A stretch of DNA of 64,000 nucleotides, from contig OZ024743.1 of the NCBI GenBank assembly GCA_964016885.1, forward strand, positions 286,626,001 to 286,690,000, read 5' to 3'. Positions 55,001 to 64,000 of the stretch are shown here, piece by piece (position 1 is the stretch's first letter; the number at the start of each line of letters is the position of its first letter). This DNA is from Eledone cirrhosa (taxonomy: Eukaryota). A model generated the notes under the pieces. It saw nothing but the letters and a program-made list of their open reading frames with translations. It ran no database searches and had not been told where the DNA came from. Both the position numbers and the translations under genes were made by a program.

Positions 55001-58000
55001 TATAGCTAAGTGGAATGGATTAGCCACAGTTAAGTAACTTTGATATAAATCGTATATAAACCAAGATACTATGCTGATACTCTATTGACTCACCCAGCAG
55101 TGACAATCTACTTTTATGATTTTAGGATGATAGTTTCATATGGTCATGAAATGTATGAATCCCTCTACCAAATAATACAAAGGTTTCCTTTTTCATTTGA
55201 ATTCTAAAATGCTGTGAGTTCATGTCTTTGCTTATTGAACTTCTGAGATAGTGTATTAAGTATACCTGATATTAATTTAGTGAGAAAAATTACTGTGACA
55301 TTTTAATAACTGCAGAACTTTGAATGTAATCTTACCTTCTCGAGACTCATCATTGGTAATTAAACCTGCATCACTCTCACTGCTACTTAATGAACTGCTA
55401 GTATTGTCACTGAAAGATAGAATGGTTCACTTTTATGGCAACTCCGAACAAATAAATTCTAAGTAAGATATTAACTGGGTCATGTAGAATTAAGTGTTCT
55501 GCTTAGAGTCACAATGAAATGCCTGCAATAAATCTTAATATATATGTATGTATTTGGAGTCAGTAATTTTGAATTAAGAATTGACTTGGATTGAGTCAAC
55601 ATATGGAAAGTGGATGCAAATGATGAATATATATATATATATATAAATGTGGTTGGAAGGGTATCCAGCTGTAAAATACACGGCCAAATTTACAGTCCTT
55701 GGAATGACCTGGCTAACCCATGCAAGCATGAAAGAATTGACGCTAAACGGAAATGATGATGATATATATATATGAGATGGAGGGGTGCCTCAGCAAGACT
55801 AATTTCAGACGAGCAACTTAGATATAAACTCTACTGAGTAGGGAATGACAATGGGGAAAAAGGAGTAGGTATCCTACTAGCTGAAAAATGGATAGATAAG
55901 GTGATAGAAGTAGTTAGAGTAAGTGACAGAATCATCAAGCTTAGATTAACTGTAGGAAATAGACTGGTGATATTGACATCTACCGATGCTCTGCAGGCAG
56001 GATTGGGTAAAGAACAAACGGACAGGTTCTATGAGGAACTTTTACAGACAACTTCAAGGATTGACAAAAGAAACCTCATCATCCTGGCAGGCAACTTCAA
56101 TGGACATGTGGGACAGTACCAGGATGGATTCAGCAGAGTTCATGGCAGCTATGGTTATGGCTCAAGGAATGAAGAGGGGCTGAGGTTCCTGGAATCCCGT
56201 GTTGCAAATGAACTAACCATCTGCAACACAAATTTCAAGAAAACCCCCAACCACCTGATTTCATATCAATCAAGTGAACACACAAGCCAAATCGGTTACT
56301 TACTTGTTAGACAACAAGATAAATGGACTGTAATAAATACTAAGGCCTTCCCTGGGGAAGAATGCACTGCCCAGCACAAGTTAGTTACTAGTGACATCAA
56401 AGTAAACAAAAGACAACAAGACATGCAGGAAAATATGGAGATGGAAGATGGGGAAGCTAAAGGATGTCTTGGTTAAATATAGGTTTAGAAAGGCACATGG
56501 CTTAGTGGTTAGAGCATTGGCCTTGCAATCGAAAGGTTGTGAGTTCAATTCTCAGACCTGGTGATGTGTTGTTTCCTTGAGCAAGGCACTTTATTTCACA
56601 TTGCTCCAGTTTACTCAGCTGTAGAAATGAGATGATAGGGACTGGGGTCCATATCATTCCACTGCAAAGTGGTCGTGGAGGTGCCACGGCAAAAAAGCAC
56701 CCAGCACTCCCTGTAAATGAGGTTGGTGTTAGGAAGGGCATCCAGCTGTAGAAATCAAGCCAGAATCAGTTCCCGTCCCACCCTTGCAAGCAGGGAAAAG
56801 CGGACGTAAAATGAAATGATGAAATGATGATGATGATGAAAGGCCTTACAGGATGCACTTAATGAGACGGATGGCAAGCTAGATACATATAACATAGAGG
56901 AAAATAGGAAATTCTTATATAACAACCTTTTGTGAACTACTGGCAAGACTTGTGGATGGAATAAAGCACCAACCAGACAGAGGGTAACCTGGTGGTGGAA
57001 CAGCACAGTAGACACAGCCAATAAAGCCAAGAGACAGGCATGAAAAGACTGGAAAATAGGGGTAGCAGAGACCAGTACCAAGTAGCTAAGAAAGAAGCTA
57101 GGCGACAGGTATACACAGCTTGGAGAGAGGCTGAAGAAAGTAAATTAGCCAATGTCTTGAGACGTGAAGCATTCCATATTACAAAGCAGTGTGTCAGTGT
57201 GAATCGTAATGTTGTTGAGGAAAAATGTGTCAGAAATGACACTGGTGTATTTAACACCACTGGTGCCCAAAAGAAAGTGGCCTGGAAATGTTACTATGAA
57301 AGATTGATGAATATCTGTTCAAAAAAGGTGACCGCACGTCACCTGTCAACTATCGTCCAGTCAGTCTTACTAGCTGCATTGCCAAACTGATGGAATCCTG
57401 TCAGAGAAACACTTTGGAACTTCTGGAACTCTCACAGTCTCATCCGGCAATTTGGATCTATCCCTAACTCCAGCTGCTGTGATCAACTTATCGAGTTTCT
57501 TGAAGACATCACCCGGATCACTGATGGCGGCTCATGGGTGGATGTTGCTTACCTTGACTTTGCTAAAGCTTTCAATTCTGTGCCACACAAAAGACTTATG
57601 GCAAAACTCTCTGCAATGGGTGTGAAGGATGATCTTTTTAACCACAGTACTGAAATATGCAGATGACATCAAGCCGTACCTTGAGATAAAAAGGACAGAT
57701 CCTGAACACTATAGATCTTTCCTGCAATCAGACCTCGACACAATGCAGCAATGGATCATGGACTGGCAACTCAAGTTGGCTGTGGACAAGTGTACCACCA
57801 TACATTTTGGGAGGAAAAAACCAGCGTCCACATACTCTCTCAACAACACTAATATCAAGAAGTTTTCTAGTGAACGTGACCTGTCAGCAGCAATTTGTGT
57901 TGACAAAGCATATCTCTAAAATTGTCAAGAAAGCCGAAGGTGTCTTAGCATCACTCAGACCTTTGTCAGCCGCTCTCCAGCTGTCTATTTAAAACTGTAT

Positions 58001-61000
58001 AGAACTATGTTGCGGCTACACTTAGAATTTGCATCATCAGTCTGGAACCCCTATCTTGCTCAGAACATTGACCTCCTGGAAACTGTTTAGAGACGTGCAA
58101 CCAAGTGAATACCCTCCATCAGGCATCTACCATACTCTGAACACCTTGCTTCCCTGAGCATGGATACATTGAAGCTCCGACGTCTGGCAACTGACTTGGT
58201 AAACACCCACAAAATTATTAACCATCTTGCCAACAACCCTGAGCACCTTTTTGATTTCCCAGTGTCTAACACATGTGGGCATGCCTACAAAGTCAGAAAA
58301 CAGCACAGCTCCCATGACTTTCGGAAACATTTATTCACGCTCAGAGTTGCTGAAGCATGGAACAAACTACCTGCATCAGTTGTTACCTGTCGAGACACTG
58401 CATCCTTTAAAACCTCCATGCTTCCTGAAATTCGCCAACACTACACCTGATACCTCCATACACACATGTATTGCATGACTCGTACGCTGTTCATTTTCCT
58501 GACATTTGAACATTATTCTATATACTATATATGCACCTTTGATGAGTTGTAGTGCACCTGAACACTGTACATAATAATTTCATTATTATTATATATAGAG
58601 ATTGAATGAGAGGAAGGGAAACTACCCCCAACTTACCCAAAGGAAGTTGATAGTTCTTGGGTTAAAGACGCAATCAAGTAGATGAAGAATGGTAAAGATG
58701 TGGGACCATCAGAAATAGTTGCTGAGAGGCTAAAAGCATCGGGAGAGGTAGGAGTCAAACTAGTAACCCGTATAGTAAATCAAGTAATACATGACAGAGT
58801 CATACTCAATGACTGGTGCAGCAGTACAATCATAAATTGCTAGACGGGCAAAGGGCTGATGTTCTAGAAAGGAGCAACTATAGAGGAATAAAACTAATGG
58901 ATCAAGTTATGAAAGTGACAGAAAGAGTTATAGCGCAACTAATTAGGGAAAGAGTCAAAATAGATGAAATACAGTTTGGTTTCATGCCTGGGAAAAGTAC
59001 TACAGATGCCCTCTTCTTAGTGAGGCAACTCCGAGAGAAGTTCCTAGCTAAAAATAAGCCACATTTAGCTTTTGTTGATCTAGAGAAGGCCTTTGACAGA
59101 GAACCTCAGTCTATTATCTGGTGGTTCTTAAGGAAATTAGGTGTAGAAGAATGGCTTGTGAGAGCAATACAAGCTATGTACAGAGGAGCTGTCAGTAAAG
59201 TGCAAGTAGGAAATGAATTTAATGAGGAAATCAAGGTTCAGTTCTTAGCTCACTGTTGTTCATCATAGTTCTTCAGGCCATAACAGAGGAGTTTAAAATA
59301 CGCTGCCCATGGGAATTTCTCTATGCAGATGGTCCTCATAGCTGAAGCTATGTTGGATGCGCAATGTAAATGTATGTGACAGAAAGGAAGAGCTTGGACG
59401 ATTTGAGGGAGAAACTGGGTTTAAGGAGAATCCGAATGGTGTGCAGGAGAGAAGACTGTATTAGTATGGGCATGTGATGCACATCGACAACGACCGATGG
59501 GTGAAGAAATGCCAGAAAGAAACTGGACAGAGGTTGTGAGAGCTGACCTCAAATCGCTAAAACAGGAAGATGAAATGATGAAGATGTTGTGCATGGAAAA
59601 TCATTATCATCATCATCACCGTTTTACGTCCGTTCTTCCACGCTAGCATGGGTTAGACGGGTTGTCCTGTTGTGGGTAGTGTCCGGTCGGCCGACCTTGT
59701 CTTGCTCATAGGGGAACCGATTCTGGCTTATTTCTACAGCTGGATGCCCTTCCTAACACCAACCTCATTTACAGTAAGTGCTGGATGCTTTTTTTCCGTG
59801 GCGCCTACACGTCCACTTTACAGTGTGGGCTGGGTGCTTTTTTGCTGTGGCACCTCCACGACCACTTTGCAGTGGAATGATAGAGACCCCAGTCCTATCA
59901 TCTCATTTCTACAGCTGAGTAAACTGGAACAATGTGAAATAAAGTGTCTTGCTCAAGGAAACAACACATTACCCGATCTGAGAATTGAACTCACTACCTG
60001 ATGTTCCCACCTGACCACCCCTTAACTGTGCACAATACTAAAGTGAGTGTTAGTCATGTATATGTATTTAAGGTTTTCCATTGCATGTGTAATTGTTATA
60101 ATTTTCATGTGGTTTACAGCATGTATTGGGTGTATCTATCATGCCAGTTACAAAAGACGCCTCCGGAAAACGGAGGATAAAGGGGCATCCTCGGACCTCC
60201 CCCTCCCGGAGTTTTCTTTACCTCTAACCTTGGAGGAAAGGGGTGGAGGTGAAAAGTACGAGGGTCCTCGCTCTTCTCCTTCCTTTTTCCGGAGAAGTGT
60301 TTTGCACCATATTAAGAGGTAAGTTTAATTGATAGCACAAGGAAAGGAAAAAAACAATAAAAAAAAAGGAAAAAAAAAAACTAAGAAAAAAATTATTTCC
60401 CACTAAAATCGGCGGGTGGGTGTCTTTCTATAACAATATCAACTGAACAATTCAATTGAATCAATGAATAGATAGCTATTATTTACAAACAAATCAACAT
60501 TAAAGAGAGCACCTAACGCCCAAACACGTGAGTAATGAAATGTGGGAAGTCAACAAAAATTACCCGCATGGTCAGTGGCAACTGGTAGGAAACCGGTTCC
60601 AATCTTCTGACACTGGTCATGCTGGAGCATCACCAACATATTGTGGGATACGTAATGATAAACAATTGCTGAATATAGGAACAAATACAACTTACTGATT
60701 GAAGGACGAAAGTTCGATTTTTCTGATATCGCTTCTGTTGCTTCCATTCGTACAAAAAAAGTCATATTTGCGACTCCGTTTTCGCTTTCCCGGTAAAATG
60801 TTCATAGCGTCGTCTGATTCGGTTAAACACTTCAAATTCATATTGCTATCGTGAAACATCCTCTGTCGCGTCGTGATCCGTGAACCTTTGCTTTTACATC
60901 TAGTCAAAGTGAAGTGGTCGCAGGAGATAGGATCGACAGTCATACTGCGAAACTTTCTCCGTCTCCGTTGCGTGTCGGTCGGGGAAAAAGTTTCTGGTAC

Positions 61001-61408
61001 GGAATCGGATTCCACAGGTGGAACCATAGCAGGAAGAGGAAGTCCTATTTGGGAAAGATGTTTAACAACATCTAAGTCATCCGAATCACTGTGTTGAACA
61101 ACACTTTGAATGTAGTCTTTAAAAGCTTCATCCAGACTGCTTTCCGATGCTTCGCTGAAGTTTCCACTTTCCCATATCAAGTTGGTGCTTGATCGCCTTT
61201 TTCGAGGTTTTTTCTTTTTGTAATGTCTTCTAAGAATCGTCGGAGCCGAATTTTCTTCCCCATTGTTCCTGGATGTTTCTTCAAGAGCATTGGTTAAATC
61301 TTGAACTAATTCGTCCATTTTCTCTAAGTTACATGTAGACAAAACATGTAAGTTTTGGAACTCTCTTACGATGTAATTCTCCATTTGCTGCCTGCTTCCA
61401 TCACACAT
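51855..61408 (-). CDS. GPATCH2: G patch domain-containing protein 2, 6 coding exons, about 437 aa
   Basis: Exons 60696-61408, 55336-55409, 54388-54584, 53172-53216, 52101-52236 and 51855-52003. Motifs MDELVQDLTNALEE, RKRRS..W..G..SEASESSLDE..KDY, HSDSDD, RRRRKFRSMTVD and SSLSSSESDAGLITNDESREADDEQSDFYYE match GPATCH2/GPATCH2L. Confidence 0.88.
52101..52236 (-). CDS. GPATCH2: GPATCH2 exon (IPGYSMSRFLQEQQKW...KRQRKILSCE)
   Basis: TAG/GTAGAG, 136 nt. Confidence 0.78.
53172..53216 (-). CDS. GPATCH2: GPATCH2 exon (CGRQIRSGRRKLKGK)
   Basis: TAG/GTAAA, 45 nt, phase 0-0. Confidence 0.75.
54388..54584 (-). CDS. GPATCH2: GPATCH2 exon (ADDEQSDFYYEPGSACGVPSIIPIWE...YTARVKKLM)
   Basis: CAG/GTAAG, 197 nt. 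Confidence 0.9.
55336..55409 (-). CDS. GPATCH2: GPATCH2 exon (DNTSSSLSSSESDAGLITNDESRE)
   Basis: CAG/GTAAG, 74 nt. Confidence 0.9.
56490..56840 (+). mobile_element. SINE family B nested in RTE
   Basis: Full-length copy. Confidence 0.88.
57312..58590 (+). mobile_element. CR1-clade LINE nested in RTE
   Basis: KKGDRTSPVNYRPVSLTS, YLDFAKAF, KYADD; (ATT)n tail. Confidence 0.88.
59600..59998 (-). mobile_element. SINE family B variant carrying the longer RTE 3' UTR
   Basis: SINE core joined to the undeleted LINE tail (CCCACACTGTAAAGTGGACGTGTAGG, CAACAGGACAACCCGTCTAACC). Confidence 0.82.
60696..61408 (-). CDS. GPATCH2: GPATCH2 first coding exon
   Basis: Poly-T CAG acceptor at 61415, ATG at 61408 (a later ATG is possible), donor GTAAGT at 60695; supplied ORF 60692..61489. 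Confidence 0.9.
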
Positions 61409-62586
61409 GTCAAACTGTAAAAAAAAAAAAAATAAAAAAAAATTAGAGTACTCTGAAATGAGAAGAAAAAACGAACTAAATAAACCCAAGAAAATTTCCC
61501 TAGCGATTGAAATGTTTTTTTTTCCTCTTTATTTTAATGCGTAAAAATAAACATAAATACTAAACCCACAGGCATAAAACATGGAAAACTAAACGAAACT
61601 AATGCATAAACACTATCTAAATAACACACATATACACCACTGTCTGTACCTCTCCATAAAACACATGAGACATAAGTAAGGTTGTTTATTTCAGGGAGCA
61701 AATCAAAGTAGTTCGGAATCCCTATGAATAAAAACACCATACAACATCCTTTCCTCCCTCCTTCACAAATCTGAGCTAATACGACTGTGTAGAAGTATAT
61801 CTAGATTGTAAAAACCCGAGCAACAAAATTTGCTTCAACCCATACTCTATATTTGATAATATAATCCTAAATATATTATGTCTGAATAAAAGATATGATA
61901 ATGGTAGGATTGAACAACGAGAAAGCGAAGAAGCAGAATTACAGAAAAACAAGCAATAACAGAAAAGTTGTAAGAAAATACTATAGCTAAATTTGTAGAC
62001 CACACATACACAAATAAATAAACAAGTGTTGTTTTTGTTCAGTAAGTGTGACTATTTTTGTCTCTTATGTGGTGGGTCTGCAATAAAGAAACATCGAATA
62101 ATTTAAGGATTTATCCCCAAATAAAATATCTTACATATCCTACAAACAAGGATTTCCTACATTAAATGAATTCTGATATGGTTTTGTGACATTCATGTCG
62201 TTTCGAAAAGTATAAGCTAAGTCAATGAAAATGTAAATAATTGTTTCTACTTTAGGCACAAGGCCAGCAATTATCCAGTGCATTACTGGTAAATGCCAGC
62301 AAAGAAACCCAGTCATATTTTGCTTTTCCTCCAATAATAGGGTAAAAGTGGAGATTTGCGGCGTAGTGAAATATGAACCAGTGATAATTGTTTCTACTTT
62401 TGGCACAAGGCCAGCAATTATCCAAGTGCATTACTGGTACTTTGTTTTATCGACCCCGTAAGGATGAAAGGCAAAGTTAACCTCGGAGGGATTTGAACTC
62501 AGAACGTGTATATATATAAGTAAAAGGTAAACAGAAATAACAACACAGTTGGTACAGTATATGGAAGGAATATATTAGGTTAACGC

Positions 62587-62618
<32 letters not shown>

Positions 62619-62628
<10 letters not shown>

Positions 62629-62810
62629 GGCTTCTACAGGACTAGAACTGTTTCATTCGGGAGAAATCATCAGGAAGCCTGATGATTTCTCCCGAATGAA
62701 ACAGTTCTAGTCCTATAGAAGCCATTTCTATATTAAACATTTATACTCTGCTATGTATTGAGTACCTTACTTACTGTGGTTACCCCCGATTGAACCCAGA
62801 ATAAACTTAT
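62619..62810. mobile_element. Palindromic element (~56-bp arms) next to TA microsatellite, Penelope-like terminus with hammerhead-like core
   Basis: Arms 62619-62674 / 62678-62733 with one mismatch and a 3-nt loop; CTGATGA..GAAAC..GTC. Confidence 0.55.
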
Positions 62811-64000
62811 CTATCTATCTCTCTATATATACAGTTCCTAACTTACCGATACGTTTTAGCGTGGATACTAATTTAATTAAATGTATTTTTTTCCTCGTAA
62901 TTGACATGCTTTTTACAAGAATGAAAATTCTACAACAAATGCCAAAAAATATATTTATATATAAGTTGGTGGGGTGGGGGTAAATATCTATGTAAGAATG
63001 AGTATTTTATTCCAAATACAAACATATTTATGTTATATAAAAATTGGGAGAGTGACAGGGGGCTAATAATCCAAGTTTATGTTCAAAACAGTTTTTTAAG
63101 GGGATAGGAAGTATTCGTTTCGGTAATTCAAGAAAGTGAAGTTACTTTTTGTATATTCCTAATCATTGTTAGTTTCATTTTTAATCACGCCGCAAATATC
63201 CACGTTTAACCTACAGTATTTATCTAAACACCTGGGAAGAATGAAACCCAAAATCGACCTCAGTGACATATGAACTCAGAAATGTGTTTCTAAAGAGGAA
63301 ATAATAAAAGCATTTCATTACAGATATGAAATCTAAATAAAGTTGTGCTGTTCATGTTTTTTTTCAAGGGCATTAGCGACATATGTGGAGGTAGTTGTTA
63401 TAATAATAATTGTTTCTACTTTTGGCACGAGGCCATAAATTATTCAGTGCATTACTGGTACTTTATTTCATCGACCCCGTGAGGATGAAAGGCAAAGTTA
63501 ACCTCGGCGGGATTTGAACTCAGAACGTAAAGGGCTATAACTCTATGCTGCAAAGCCTATGCAAACGCATATTTAAAGATAAGGGAAGCTGTCAACTAAA
63601 TTGACTAATTATACCGACCCCTTTGTTCGATCAGATATTTTCATAAGGAAAAGTATTTCAGTCGACCGAATCCAATCCACTGTGTGAGATCTAAATTCAA
63701 GATTTTTTAAATTCTTTTTTTTCTCAATATCTACAAGCGCGTGTATATTTACAATAACGAAGTAAACATTTACCAGTGAATTAATATACTAAGCTTTCAA
63801 TGAATATAACTAAAGTTTTCATATTATTACTGATTAGTCATAAAATATATCTAATAAAAAATTTATGAAAATAGATAAATTATAAATTCCCTAACTATTT
63901 ACTCGCGTGTAGAGTTAGTTCCAAGGACTGATGTACACACACACACACATATATATATATACATACAGACACATTTATATATACACACATATATATATAT

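Larger units (their letters stand above)
55770..59580 (+). mobile_element. Old RTE LINE (EN + RT remnants) interrupted by SINE B and CR1
   Basis: AGNFNGHVG EN motif (55901..56476) and FVDLEKAFDR (58816..59268). Confidence 0.85.

Noticed and set aside
60550-60765. Alternative-frame extension of the GPATCH2 large exon
   Set aside because: At the 60695 donor its phase is incompatible with the conserved next exon; the main frame splices correctly.

Overview
AT-rich, repeat-dense animal genomic DNA. The SINE/LINE repertoire and microsatellites suggest a coleoid cephalopod such as Octopus (inference). Three spliced genes were reconstructed by hand from GT-AG exons with consistent phases. (1) SLC30A6/ZnT6 lies on the minus strand, with 9 coding exons from 13850 to 1428, and continues off the left edge. 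(2) A complete 9-exon, 355-aa YeeE/YedE sulfur/thiosulfate transporter family gene lies on the plus strand (14237-45028), head-to-head with SLC30A6 and only 386 bp between start codons. (3) GPATCH2 lies on the minus strand (6 coding exons, 61408-51855) with a degenerate G-patch. Introns are filled with RTE LINEs (carrying a PHD-like finger), CR1, Tx1/L1, Dong/R4 and CRE fragments, two tRNA-SINE families, piggyBac/mariner/pogo MITEs, Helitron remnants and a solo-LTR-like insert. The most unusual signals are the animal YeeE gene and its pairing with ZnT6, a tandem array of copies of an SLC30A6 splice acceptor, the eroded G-patch, and several long palindromes, one with a hammerhead-like core. Most long ORFs in the supplied track are transposon-derived, antisense or microsatellite artefacts.
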